64,000 nt of DNA, taken from assembly GCA_030583805.1 (NCBI GenBank), contig CP129476.1:966657-1030656 (forward strand), given 5' to 3'. The notes under the pieces were generated by a model. That model searched no databases, was not told the DNA's origin, and worked only from the letters and a program-made list of their open reading frames with translations. Shown here piece after piece: positions 10,328 through 19,087 of this stretch; position 1 is the first letter of the stretch; each line of letters begins with the position of its first letter. Source of the stretch: Patescibacteria group bacterium (GTDB lineage Bacteria; Patescibacteriota; Patescibacteriia; SG8-24; DYFX01). The position numbers and the translations under genes were made by a program.

Positions 10328-10981
10328 TTACGGCAGCACCAAGGAGTCGCGGAATTTCTCGTACGCCTCGCCGTCGTTCGTTTCCCAGTTGCCGACGGCG
10401 ATGAGTTGGACCATCGTATTCCCGTTCGCAATCAGGCGCGAACGCAGGCGCAGCGTACCGTTGTCGATCACGACGTCGAGCACGGGACGGCCCTCCACCT
10501 CGGACGCTTCCGAGGAGACGAGCTCGTTGTACTCGTCATCGGCCAGCATGGATTCCAAACCGTTTTCGAGATCGCTGGATGTCAGCGGCCGGCCTTCGCC
10601 AGGGAAACCTGCCACGTGGATGGAATAGGCGATACCGTTCGTGTCTTTGCCGGTATACACGTCATAGCTGATCGACATGCCGTTCGCATCCGTCAGCGTT
10701 TCATTCGTTTCGTGGAGCGGCGTGCCTGGGAAGTCGATCGTGAAACCTCCTTCGCCCGGCGTGAACGGCGCCCAGGCCATCGAGGCGTTGTAGGCGTCCC
10801 ACGACGCCTGGATCTCGGCCAGGTCGGCGGCGTCCTGTTTCTTCTCCTGCACGTACCAGAGAGCGGCGGCGGCGATCACGACGATGGCCGTCGGGGCGAC
10901 GATCAGGGCGAGCTTCTTCGCTTTCGAAACCTTGGGGCTGGCGGCCGGAGCCGGCGCGACGGACGGTTGTGGTTGTTCCAT
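10328..10981 (-). CDS. membrane-anchored hypothetical protein
   Basis: Start chosen at MEQPQPSVAP... because the longer ORF would begin inside the rplS terminator hairpin. One TM helix LALIVAPTAIVVIAAAALWYV, then an acidic extracytoplasmic domain. Confidence 0.5.
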   Translation of the reverse strand: MEQPQPSVAPAPAASPKVSKAKKLALIVAPTAIVVIAAAALWYVQEKKQDAADLAEIQASWDAYNASMAWAPFTPGEGGFTIDFPGTPLHETNETLTDANGMSISYDVYTGKDTNGIAYSIHVAGFPGEGRPLTSSDLENGLESMLADDEYNELVSSEASEVEGRPVLDVVIDNGTLRLRSRLIANGNTMVQLIAVGNWETNDGEAYEKFRDSLVLP

Positions 10982-11010
10982 AGTGGCTCCATCATACGTC
11001 GCGGGCACGT

Positions 11011-11042
11011 AAAAAAACAACTGCCCCGCATGTGCGGGGCAG
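11011..11042 (-). terminator. rho-independent terminator downstream of rplS
   Basis: CTGCCCCGCA-TG-TGCGGGGCAG is a 10-bp perfect stem preceded on the plus strand by AAAAAAACAA, which is a T-run on the minus strand. Confidence 0.65.
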
Positions 11043-11045
11043 GTG

Positions 11046-11378
11046 TTACTTGGCTTTGCTTTCGGTGAGCAGGTTGGTCTCCTTCAAGCGCTTCTTGGAG
11101 TCGCGCAGGTAGTAGAGCTTGGCCTTGCGAACCTTGGCTTGCTTGACCGGCTCGATCTTGTCGAGCGACGGCATGTTCATCGGGAAAATCTTTTCGACAC
11201 CGATGCCTCCGGAGACCTTGCGGACGGTGATCGTCTTCGAGACGCCGGCTCCGCGGACCTTGAGCACCATGCCCTCGAAGATCTGGATGCGCTCGCGCTC
11301 ATCGCCCTTCGGGGTGGTTTCCTTGATTTTCTGGTGAACCCGAACGGTCATTCCAGGCTTAATTTCCATAGGTGACAA
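11046..11378 (-). CDS. rplS: 50S ribosomal protein L19
   Basis: [42 protein letters not shown]...AKLYYLRD matches the L19 consensus. Confidence 0.9.
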   Translation of the reverse strand: MSPMEIKPGMTVRVHQKIKETTPKGDERERIQIFEGMVLKVRGAGVSKTITVRKVSGGIGVEKIFPMNMPSLDKIEPVKQAKVRKAKLYYLRDSKKRLKETNLLTESKAK

Positions 11379-11907
11379 GTGATGCGATCAGTTCAGCCAC
11401 TTCTTCGGGGCGATACCGATCCGTTTGAATGACCGCATCATAGTACGCGGTCGAAGAGGTGTCAAGGCCGTAGAGGGCCTTGAGGCGCCTGGCGACTTCG
11501 CGCTCCCGTTGGCGGCTGGTTTTGAGGGCCGTGGCGGCAGAAATGCCGTCCCGCTTGGCGACCCGCTTCGCGCTAATCTTCGGATCGACCGTCAGGAAGA
11601 TCTTGATGGCGGGAATGCGGAGTTTTTTCGAAAGATACGCCGAGGCTCGGCCATCGAGCACGACCCCGCCCTTTTTGGCGGCTATCATCATGCGCCGGTC
11701 GAGCTCTTTGTCGAACTCGGGATGCTTCTCGGCATAGCGGCCGAGTTCGATCAGCGACATCTTGCGTTCTTTGGCCACAGCGCGGAATTGGTCGCCGGCG
11801 CTCACGTGCTTCAGCTTGAAGCGCTTGGAGATCCTCGTCGCGGCGGTGGATTTTCCGCTGCCAGCCAGCCCGCAGATGATCACGACGAGCTTGTTACGCT
11901 TTGGCAT
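11359..11907 (-). CDS. cmk: cytidylate kinase-like NMP kinase (P-loop)
   Basis: Walker [12 protein letters not shown] and an NMP-kinase-type LID region. Resembles archaeal/short-type (d)CMP kinases. Overlaps the rplS start by 20 nt. Confidence 0.65.
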   Translation of the reverse strand: MPKRNKLVVIICGLAGSGKSTAATRISKRFKLKHVSAGDQFRAVAKERKMSLIELGRYAEKHPEFDKELDRRMMIAAKKGGVVLDGRASAYLSKKLRIPAIKIFLTVDPKISAKRVAKRDGISAATALKTSRQREREVARRLKALYGLDTSSTAYYDAVIQTDRYRPEEVAELIASLVTYGN

Positions 11908-12835
11908 GTTTCTTTCTTAGGGTTTCCACGACCGACTCGAGTTCGGGCGGAAGTTCGGAATGATATTCGCGCCACGCTCCGGAGAGATCGGTGAAACCGA
12001 GCGTCGCGGCATGGAGGAAGAGGCGGGTGTTCCGGAGCGAAGGCGTTTCGTGCTTCGTGCCGGCGTAGAGATCATCGCCGACGAGCGGATGGCCGATCGA
12101 TTTCATATGGACGCGCACCTGGTGCATGCGGCCCGTCTCCGTGCGGACTTTGATGAAGGCGGCCTGCGGGAACCGTTCGAGAACGTCGAAGTGGGTGCGG
12201 GCATCCTTGTCGCCCTCTTGCGCCTCGGCCCTGGCCGACATACGGCCTTTGCCTTTCTTGCGGCCGATCGGCGTGTCGATCAGATCGAAATCTTTCGAAG
12301 GCTTGCCGTAGACCAGTGCCAGATATTCCTTCTTGATCTCGTGCGCTTGGAATTGCTTTTTCAAATGCGCGTACGCTTTTTTCGTTTTAGCGACGACCAT
12401 GAGGCCGGAGGCTTCGCGGTCGAGGCGGTGCACGATGCCCGGGCGCTCCTTGGCGTCGCCGACGCCTTTGATCTTCGGGGCGTGCGCCAGGAGGAAATCG
12501 ACGAGCGTCGACGTTTTCTGCGACGGCGCGGGATGCACGAGCAGGCCGGAGGGCTTGTTGATCACGAGGTACTCGTCGGTTTCATCGACGATCGCCACGT
12601 CCGGAACGTCCGGCTTCACGGCCTTGAGCGACGCTTTGGATGCCGCTTTTTCGATCTCGACGACGTCGCCCTCTTTCAAGATGTAGTGCGCTTTCGGCTT
12701 TTTTCCGTTTACCAAAATTCCGCCTTCCTTGATGTGCTTCTGGAAAGCGCTGCGGGAGCGTTTGGAATCTTGCTGCACGAGCCAGGCGTCGAGACGCTCG
12801 CCGGCTTCGAAGTCAGGGACGACGATCTTCTTCAT
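11894..12835 (-). CDS. rluD: RluA-family 23S rRNA pseudouridine synthase (RluD-like) with N-terminal S4 domain
   Basis: S4-like GERLDAWLVQQ...VNGKK and catalytic motif PGIVHRLDREASGLMVVAKT. The start is taken at MKKIVVPDF; the upstream extension of the track ORF is R-rich junk. Confidence 0.85.
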   Translation of the reverse strand: MKKIVVPDFEAGERLDAWLVQQDSKRSRSAFQKHIKEGGILVNGKKPKAHYILKEGDVVEIEKAASKASLKAVKPDVPDVAIVDETDEYLVINKPSGLLVHPAPSQKTSTLVDFLLAHAPKIKGVGDAKERPGIVHRLDREASGLMVVAKTKKAYAHLKKQFQAHEIKKEYLALVYGKPSKDFDLIDTPIGRKKGKGRMSARAEAQEGDKDARTHFDVLERFPQAAFIKVRTETGRMHQVRVHMKSIGHPLVGDDLYAGTKHETPSLRNTRLFLHAATLGFTDLSGAWREYHSELPPELESVVETLRKKHAKA

Positions 12836-12879
12836 AGAGGAAGGATAATGGAAGCGGGGTAAAAAACAAAATCGTCCGA

Positions 12880-13422
12880 TCAGGGCGATGATGGGACGAC
12901 GTAAGGGGCGAAGGCCGCCAGGGCCGTGCGCCGGGACGGCGGCGGTGGTGGAAAAGAACGCACCGTTCTTACGAGGAGGGCGAAGGTCGTGTCGAACGCC
13001 GCGCGAGCGGCGGAATGAACGGCGGGAATATGGCCGTAGGCGTCGTCGACGGCTGCGCTGGCTCGGAGCCACCAGCGATGCAGGTCTTCGAGGCGCCCGC
13101 GGTAGATGACGTCCCTGGGGAACAAGCGGAAGAACTCGTCCCGCTCACGGAGAATGGCGGCCTGGTCAAGCGGCGCCATCGTTCGCAGGTGGCCGTTGTC
13201 GTTGGCTCTCCGGAAGTACTGCGCGTACGTGTCGGAGAAGAGTCGCAGGAAGACGTAGACCGCCTTGTTCCTGCCAAGCCACTGCGACTCTCCGCTGAGG
13301 AGCTGCCTGACCGGATGACGGCTCGCGAGACGCGCCGCATACCGTTTGGCAGGCTCTCCCTCTTGGAGCGGCGTGACGTCCAGCGCGTTGAAGGCGTTCA
13401 GGTCGATGAACAACTCTCTCAT
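12880..13422 (-). CDS. hypothetical protein
   Basis: Start at MRELFIDLNAF. The track ORF's 36-aa N-extension is R-rich. No recognisable motifs. Confidence 0.4.
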   Translation of the reverse strand: MRELFIDLNAFNALDVTPLQEGEPAKRYAARLASRHPVRQLLSGESQWLGRNKAVYVFLRLFSDTYAQYFRRANDNGHLRTMAPLDQAAILRERDEFFRLFPRDVIYRGRLEDLHRWWLRASAAVDDAYGHIPAVHSAARAAFDTTFALLVRTVRSFPPPPPSRRTALAAFAPYVVPSSP

Positions 13423-13539
13423 AGTTCCTTTCACGTCCCCCTCTCGGGGAACCGCCCATGGCGGGCGACACGCGACCATACGTAAAAACGAAGCGTCTGT
13501 CAAGCCCCGATTCCGACGCTGTCGACGCACGCGCGCAAC

Positions 13540-13568
13540 TTGACAAAACCGTAAAAAAATGCTATCTT
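13540..13568 (+). promoter_or_regulatory. sigma70-like promoter (TTGACA-17-TGcTATCTT) for the acidic protein gene
   Basis: TTGACA at 13540-13545, a 17-nt spacer, and an extended -10 TGCTATCTT at 13560-13568. The ATG at 13606 is ~37 nt downstream. Confidence 0.4.
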
Positions 13569-13605
13569 TAAAGGGTATTTAAGATGGTTTTTCATCCCAT
13601 TTCCT

Positions 13606-14133
13606 ATGGCTGAAGTCATGCCGAACCCCGAATCGCAACAGCGTCCGGATGTCACCGACCAGGACATTGAGCGCTTGATGAAGGCGTTCGAGGAGACAGA
13701 TCAGGAAGAAGATGGAAAGGGCGCCGCCCAGAACGAGGAAATCGCCGAATTGGCGGCCTCGCTCGACGCGCTCGGCGAACAGCTGCAGGCGGAAAAAGTC
13801 CTGGAGCAGGACAAGGTCGAAGCCTTTAAAGAGGCCTTGGCCACGTTCCTCGACGCTGCCGTCACCGAAGAGGTGGACTACGTTCTCGGCGGCCGCGAAA
13901 CGGTCAACGGCGCGGATATGATTTCCGTCGTCATCGAGCGCTCGCTTGAAAAAGGCGGCGTCCAGCAGTCGGCCTTCGAGGCCTTCTCTGCTGATCCCGT
14001 CCTGCGCCTCGGTACCAAGAAGCGCCTCATGGCGGAGATCGAGATCAAAATGATGGATCGCGAAATCGGCAACGATCAGGAAAAAATTTCCAAGCTCGAG
14101 AAAGCGCTCGACGCGCTCGAGAACGCTTCCTAA
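13606..14133 (+). CDS. acidic hypothetical protein (coiled-coil-like, pI very low)
   Basis: 175 aa rich in E/D/A/L. Monocistronic: the promoter above is upstream and a terminator lies at 14144-14166. Confidence 0.5.
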   Translation: MAEVMPNPESQQRPDVTDQDIERLMKAFEETDQEEDGKGAAQNEEIAELAASLDALGEQLQAEKVLEQDKVEAFKEALATFLDAAVTEEVDYVLGGRETVNGADMISVVIERSLEKGGVQQSAFEAFSADPVLRLGTKKRLMAEIEIKMMDREIGNDQEKISKLEKALDALENAS

Positions 14134-14143
14134 GCGAAACCAA

Positions 14144-14166
14144 AACCGCCCATCCGGGCGGTTTTG
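14144..14166 (+). terminator. rho-independent terminator
   Basis: CCGCCC-ATCC-GGGCGG followed by TTTTG. Confidence 0.55.
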
Positions 14167-14192
14167 CGTTCTTCCGACGCACGCGGTTAAAT
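14164..14192 (+). promoter_or_regulatory. putative promoter for tRNA-Ile (TTGCGT-17-TTAAAT)
   Basis: -35-like TTGCGT at 14164-14169, a 17-nt spacer, and -10-like TTAAAT at 14187-14192. The tRNA 5' end is 10 nt downstream. Confidence 0.3.
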
Positions 14193-14202
14193 GAGTGCGC
14201 GC

Positions 14203-14278
14203 GGGCCCGTAGCTCAATGGTTAGAGCACCGAGCTTATATCTCGGCGGTTGATGGTTCGAATCCATCCGGGCCTACCA
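14203..14278 (+). tRNA. tRNA-Ile, anticodon UAU (AUA-decoding)
   Basis: Manual cloverleaf: acceptor GGGCCCG / CGGGCCU (G1-U72), D-arm GCUC-AAUGGUUA-GAGC, anticodon stem CCGAG/CUCGG with loop C-U-UAU-A-U, T-arm GAUGG-UUCGAAU-CCAUC, discriminator A, CCA encoded. The acceptor/3' end GGCCUACCA resembles bacterial tRNA-Ile. Confidence 0.8.
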
Positions 14279-14287
14279 AAGTCCACC

Positions 14288-15100
14288 ATGGCTCTCCTAT
14301 CACAGGAAATATTGCAGACCGTTGTATCTATTGAGATACAGCGCGGTGATGAGACCACGACCATCGCCACTGGTTTTTTGTTCGTTAAAAAAATTGATGA
14401 TAATCAGATCTCCAAAAGAGGGCGAGTCTATTTGGTTACAGCGAAGCATGTGCTATTTAAAAACAATCAAATTAAATACAGAGAGATTCTTGTTCGGATG
14501 GATAAGAATGGATCAGGTGGCCAACTTTTCAGGGCGCCTCTACAGGATGAAAATGGAGCACTCTTTGCAATTCATCCAACAGCAGATGTTGCCGTGCTTT
14601 TATTAAGCGTGAAAGCGCTTCAAGATGGGGATCTCAAGTACAGGTGGTTCATTAATGATCGGGATACGGTATACAAAAAAACTTACGAAGAATTTGGAGT
14701 TTCTGTTGGTGATAGCGTCTTTGTTCTAGGTTTTCCAAGAGGTTTGCGAGGGGTGAGTGCTAATTACGCCATTTGTCGTCAAGGCATTATTGCAAGACTT
14801 GATCAAGAGTGTCTGAACGATGGTTATTTCTGGATAGATGCCCCTGTATTTCGAGGTAATAGCGGAGGTCCAGTAATTTTGCGTCCAGAAGGGTTTTCCA
14901 TAGAAGGTACCAAGGCAGTAGGTTCATCTTGCTTGCTTGGCCTAGTATCCATGTGGGTGAACGCGGATGATGAATCTGGTGAGACCGAAAATGATTTAAA
15001 AGGGCAGATGGGGTTAGGCAAAGTAGTCACTACCCAAGCCATTGAGCGTGCTATTGAAGAGCATGAAAAAATGTTAATCGCTCGAAAATCAAGCCAGTGA
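14288..15100 (+). CDS. trypsin-like (S1/Trypsin_2) serine protease, no signal peptide; low-GC (~43%) gene
   Basis: Catalytic triad context: TAKHVL (His), D in the middle block, GNSGGPV (Ser). GC is far below the ~64% of the flanks. Begins 10 nt after the tRNA-Ile 3' end. Confidence 0.75.
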   Translation: MALLSQEILQTVVSIEIQRGDETTTIATGFLFVKKIDDNQISKRGRVYLVTAKHVLFKNNQIKYREILVRMDKNGSGGQLFRAPLQDENGALFAIHPTADVAVLLLSVKALQDGDLKYRWFINDRDTVYKKTYEEFGVSVGDSVFVLGFPRGLRGVSANYAICRQGIIARLDQECLNDGYFWIDAPVFRGNSGGPVILRPEGFSIEGTKAVGSSCLLGLVSMWVNADDESGETENDLKGQMGLGKVVTTQAIERAIEEHEKMLIARKSSQ

Positions 15101-15160
15101 GCCCTCGGTTTGCAGATAGATAATTAGGTCGTGCTACCATCAACGCTTTGTTTCGCTGAG

Positions 15161-15225
15161 CCGAGCTTAGCTCGATAGCTAGAGTGCTGATCTGTAGCTC
15201 GACAGTTGATCGTTCGTATCCACCA
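15161..15225 (+). pseudogene. decayed tRNA-like remnant (pseudo-tRNA) related to the upstream tRNA-Ile
   Basis: Compare TTAGCTCGATAGCTAGAG...TTGATCGTTCGTATCCACC with the tRNA-Ile D-arm TAGCTCAATGGTTAGAG and T-arm TTGATGGTTCGAATCCATCC. The layout is preserved, but the anticodon, T and acceptor stems no longer pair. Confidence 0.35.
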
Positions 15226-15355
15226 AGATCTGCTGTCGTAAAATCCTGTTTACAGAGCGGATTTTCAGTCTGCAGACCCAGGCTTGACATTGTGATATTG
15301 CCCCTGTAAGTTTGCGCCGGCTCAAACAAACAATCCGAGCCAGAAAGAGTTACGC

Positions 15356-16927
15356 GTGAAAAAACGAACGCCCTGTCTGCTGATACTGACCGTGCTGTCG
15401 GCCTGCCAGTCGAGTCCCGACGAGGGATCCGAGCTGCCCGACGGCTACGTCCGCGCGACGCTTCCGGCGACCGAGAGCGGCATCGAGTATGCCCACCTCG
15501 ACACGCCGGAGATGCTGCCGGTCGGTCCCTCGGGGATCTTCTCGGTGAAGGACGGCTATGCTGTCGCGGACAACGTCCGCGGCTCCATCGTCATCCTGAA
15601 CGACGACTTCAAGGTCACGCGCGAGGTCAACGTCAAGAACGCCGCGCAGGGCATCCTGTCCGTCGCGTCCGACGGCGAGGATCTCGTGGCGCTCGACGGC
15701 TACGCGCTGACGCCCAAGCTCCTGCGGATCGGTCCGAACGGCGACATCAAGAGCAAGGACATCACGCTGAACTCCACCGCCGGACCGACAGGTCTGGTGA
15801 AGGACGACGTGGGCATGATCCTCGAGTACGGCGGCGGGGAGACCCTCTACCGGATCGATGATCTGGGCGCTTCGCTCGGGCTGGAGCCGATCGACCACTA
15901 CGTCTGGAACGGGATCGCGTACTCGGTGGACAAGCCGACCGAGACCTACTTCCACGAACGTACCGTGCGCATCGGAAGCCACGCCGGCGTCGTGCGCGTC
16001 CCCAATCACCTGGGCTCGGTGCAGCTCATCGGTTCGGATGGTGACGGCGGCGTCTACGCCCTCGTGGAGGACGTGACCCTCGCCCACACCATCTCGGTCG
16101 AGCAGTCTGTCTGGCACTTCTCATCGACCGGCGAAGCGCTGTCCGTGTCCAAGGTCCCGCTGCGAGAACGTCTCACGTACGTGACGCAAGGGGTCGCCCT
16201 GGACGAGGCTGGCGAACCGGTCGCGCTGGTTCCGCAGCGCGGCGATCTCCAGTTCTGGAGCCTGACGACGGTGAACGCTTCGGCGATCACCGCCCGGAAG
16301 CCGAGCAAGCTCCCTGGGGAGGTCGTGAACGATCTCGGCACCACGGCTCAGGGGCTGGTCACGTACAATGGAAGCTGCCTGACGTCGGCTCAGATCGCGA
16401 GCAACGCCAACGAGTACAAGAACGTCTCGCAACCCATGACGTCGAACAACGTCAACAACAACGGCAGCTGCACGTCGCGTACGAAGCCGAGCTACCTGAC
16501 CGTCGGGGTGAACAGCCCCGTGAGCTACGACTGGGGAGGCTGGGACACCCCCAGCGCATTCCAGTCCGCCATGAACGCGGGCGGCAAGGCCGGCAACGTC
16601 AACACCGCGGCCACGTTGACGTGTTCCTATGGCGCGGATTGCTCTGGCTTCGTCACGCGCGTCTGGGGCTGGTCCGACTTCAAACGATCGACGACCACCC
16701 TCGACGACGCCGTCAACTCGACGCCCGTCTACGGTCCAGGTTTCCTCACTGGCGAGATCTACAACCTCGCCGGTTCGCACACGGCCATCTACAATTCAAC
16801 GACCCCGAGTGGGCCGAACATCTGGGAAGCAGCCGGTGAGCCGTACGGCAGGGTCGTGTACAGAACCGCGTCATGGTCGTATGTCTCCGGGTATTCCACG
16901 TATCACGGCGTCACGCACTGCTGGTAG
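15356..16927 (+). CDS. secreted lipoprotein with C-terminal NlpC/P60-like (papain-fold Cys-His) putative peptidase domain
   Basis: Lipobox LTVLSAC. The C-terminal block ADCSGFVTRVWGW...GSHTAIY fits the NlpC/P60/CHAP-type catalytic Cys...His. The S/T/N-rich linker and N-terminal domain are unassigned. Confidence 0.5.
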   Translation: MKKRTPCLLILTVLSACQSSPDEGSELPDGYVRATLPATESGIEYAHLDTPEMLPVGPSGIFSVKDGYAVADNVRGSIVILNDDFKVTREVNVKNAAQGILSVASDGEDLVALDGYALTPKLLRIGPNGDIKSKDITLNSTAGPTGLVKDDVGMILEYGGGETLYRIDDLGASLGLEPIDHYVWNGIAYSVDKPTETYFHERTVRIGSHAGVVRVPNHLGSVQLIGSDGDGGVYALVEDVTLAHTISVEQSVWHFSSTGEALSVSKVPLRERLTYVTQGVALDEAGEPVALVPQRGDLQFWSLTTVNASAITARKPSKLPGEVVNDLGTTAQGLVTYNGSCLTSAQIASNANEYKNVSQPMTSNNVNNNGSCTSRTKPSYLTVGVNSPVSYDWGGWDTPSAFQSAMNAGGKAGNVNTAATLTCSYGADCSGFVTRVWGWSDFKRSTTTLDDAVNSTPVYGPGFLTGEIYNLAGSHTAIYNSTTPSGPNIWEAAGEPYGRVVYRTASWSYVSGYSTYHGVTHCW

Positions 16928-16933
16928 GAACGA

Positions 16934-16976
16934 GCTCTGGGGCTGGATGCACGCCGTGCATTCAGCCCGTTTTTAA
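16934..16976 (+). terminator. rho-independent terminator
   Basis: GGGGCTGGATGCAC-GCC-GTGCATTCAGCCC is an imperfect 13-bp stem followed by GTTTTT. Confidence 0.5.
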
Positions 16977-16978
16977 TC

Positions 16979-16984
16979 TATACT
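16979..16984 (+). promoter_or_regulatory. TATACT -10-like box 18 nt upstream of the ATG at 17003
   Basis: Member of the recurrent TATACT set; see findings. Confidence 0.3.
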
Positions 16985-17002
16985 AACCACAGTAACTTCC
17001 TC

Positions 17003-17557
17003 ATGAATATGAAAAAACCCCTTGCTTTCATCGGTTGTGTCATCATTGTTATCGCCGCCTATTTCTTTGGCTATTTTTCGGTTAGACAGTCACCTCTTGT
17101 TGAGCCAGCCCAAACGGAGAATACGCCATCCAGAGCCGCCACCGGCTCCGCCAAGCTTTACGGAAAGTTCGTGAAGATCAGCGAGAGCGGCGTGGAGCTG
17201 CGCTTGGTCGAGTGGGTGGAAGGTTCTGATAATCAGGAACAAGCCGCCCTTGAAACCGGGCGCTGCACCCTTGATCGCATCGAGAAGGACGAGTGCCTGC
17301 CGAATCCGTTCTTCATGCGCGAGACGCAAAAAACCATGACGTTGCCGATTAACCAGAAATTGACCGTCCAAGTTCTCTCGCCTGGCTCTAACGGAGAGAT
17401 CAAACAAGATGAACAGCAGAACACGATCCATCGCGAAATCAGCCTGACTGAGCTTGGAAAAATGCTTGCGAACGTCGAATTCACCAAGCAGACCCCATTC
17501 ATCTTCACGACCACCAGCGGAGTCATCGCTGAGATTCGCGAGCAGTACATCCCCTAA
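17003..17557 (+). CDS. membrane-anchored hypothetical protein, lower GC (~52%)
   Basis: N-terminal TM LAFIGCVIIVIAAYFFGYF followed by a soluble domain. GC is noticeably below the flanks. Confidence 0.5.
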   Translation: MNMKKPLAFIGCVIIVIAAYFFGYFSVRQSPLVEPAQTENTPSRAATGSAKLYGKFVKISESGVELRLVEWVEGSDNQEQAALETGRCTLDRIEKDECLPNPFFMRETQKTMTLPINQKLTVQVLSPGSNGEIKQDEQQNTIHREISLTELGKMLANVEFTKQTPFIFTTTSGVIAEIREQYIP

Positions 17558-17670
17558 AATTGAAAGGCCGGTTGTTGATCTACCACGAAAACCCTTGACC
17601 AAAGAGGGTTTTTGTGTTTTACTGGGGCGTCCGTAACCGCAGTTCTTCCCGCCAATCCCAGAGGAGACCG

Positions 17671-18006
17671 ATGCACCCTGCACATCCGCCACGTACCGGC
17701 TTCGTTCAACCACCCCTCGTCCTCACGGAGGAACCCACGCGCCGCATCCAGCTCGTGCGCAAGTACGCCGAGTACGTCGGCCGCTGTGGCCATCCGGCGC
17801 CTCCCCAAGGCGCGGAAGTCGACTACATCTTCCGCTGCATCCTGCTCGAGCGGCTCTTCGCCCACAACGCGGTCGATCTCGACGTCTTCGAGCACGAGCA
17901 CCGCGCCTTCGCGTGGTTCAACGAGGCGGCGTTCAAGAACGCCGTCGGCGTCGTGAGCTCGTACGTCAACGGCCAAGCCGTGAAGGGCGGCACCGGCCTC
18001 AGGTAA
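17671..18006 (+). CDS. hypothetical protein
   Basis: Start uncertain (track ORF 17614; MHPAHPP at 17671). No motifs recognised. Confidence 0.35.
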   Translation: MHPAHPPRTGFVQPPLVLTEEPTRRIQLVRKYAEYVGRCGHPAPPQGAEVDYIFRCILLERLFAHNAVDLDVFEHEHRAFAWFNEAAFKNAVGVVSSYVNGQAVKGGTGLR

Positions 18007-18088
18007 GGGCCGACACCCTCAGCGCGCGTCTGAACGAAGAAGCCTTCGTCGGACGCGCTTTTATTTTTCCCGTACCGCGAGCGCTATC

Positions 18089-19027
18089 TTGACGCGGCGG
18101 CGATTTTTTGATATGAAGCGGCCGTCGCACGCGCGACGGAAAGGGCTGGCCATGGCCAAGCCGACATCCGAACAGTTGGAACGTTTCCACGCGCTGATCG
18201 AAGCGGGCATGATCACGAGCAGCTCGCTCGAGATCCAGCTCAGGCACCATGAGCGCCGTTTGCTGAGACTACGCGCCGCCACACCGACGCTCGTCACGCC
18301 GCACGAGGCGACGGAGGAGCAACTCGCGCTTCGGCGCGCGCTCGATGCCACCGGCGCGAGCTACCCCGAACTGCTCGTTCCACCTCAGAAGGGGGATAAG
18401 CACGGAGCGCGCCTGCGCAATATTCTCTTGAACTTCTCGGTTCAGGCGGGTGAAACGCGCCTTTACCCTTCGACCATTCGCATGCTCGTGCATCTCAACG
18501 AGCGGCAGGTGGTGATGGGTCACGACATGGGCCCCGGCAGGTTGGAAATCCTGAAGGCGCGGCTCGCGCAGGCGGCACTCCGTTTCGGCATGTCCGAAGC
18601 GGAAATCAGCGAGGCCTTTGGTCCGAAGCTTGAGCTGCCGCTCGCCCAGAAGCAGTTCGCTGCCAGGCGCACGCTCGACCGCGTCGGCGCGGACTATCCA
18701 GGCATCCTGATCCGTCCAGAGACGCCCGTTGCCACGAGCGCGCTGTGTCTCCTCCAGACCATGTGCCGGAGCGGTCGGGTGCAGATACAAGGCGTGCCGG
18801 GGAACACCTTGCGATCAGCGACCACGATCCGGGAGCTCGTACGGCTTTCGCCGGGCGATTTTCCGAAGATCGACGGGTCGAGCGCCGAGATCGCGGAGTG
18901 CGTTCAAGAAGCCTTGGCAGCCGTCGGCCTGCGGCTGGGTATGAACCTTTCCGAAGTCGAAAGATCTTTCCGTCCGGAACCCTTGCCTGAAATCAAACTC
19001 GATACCATTGCCGCTGCGGCTTCCTAG
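18089..19027 (+). CDS. hypothetical protein with an internal two-fold repeat
   Basis: Two ~100-aa halves are visibly similar (RRALDATGASYPELLVPP... vs RRTLDRVGADYPGILIRPE...; LRNILLNFSVQAGETR vs LCLLQTMCRSGRVQ). Alternative starts are at 18113 and 18152. Confidence 0.45.
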   Translation: MTRRRFFDMKRPSHARRKGLAMAKPTSEQLERFHALIEAGMITSSSLEIQLRHHERRLLRLRAATPTLVTPHEATEEQLALRRALDATGASYPELLVPPQKGDKHGARLRNILLNFSVQAGETRLYPSTIRMLVHLNERQVVMGHDMGPGRLEILKARLAQAALRFGMSEAEISEAFGPKLELPLAQKQFAARRTLDRVGADYPGILIRPETPVATSALCLLQTMCRSGRVQIQGVPGNTLRSATTIRELVRLSPGDFPKIDGSSAEIAECVQEALAAVGLRLGMNLSEVERSFRPEPLPEIKLDTIAAAAS

Positions 19028-19087
19028 CCCGGCGTTTTTTGATGCAAAAGAAAACACCCAGCCCTGTGAGTAGGGATGGGTGCCTTC

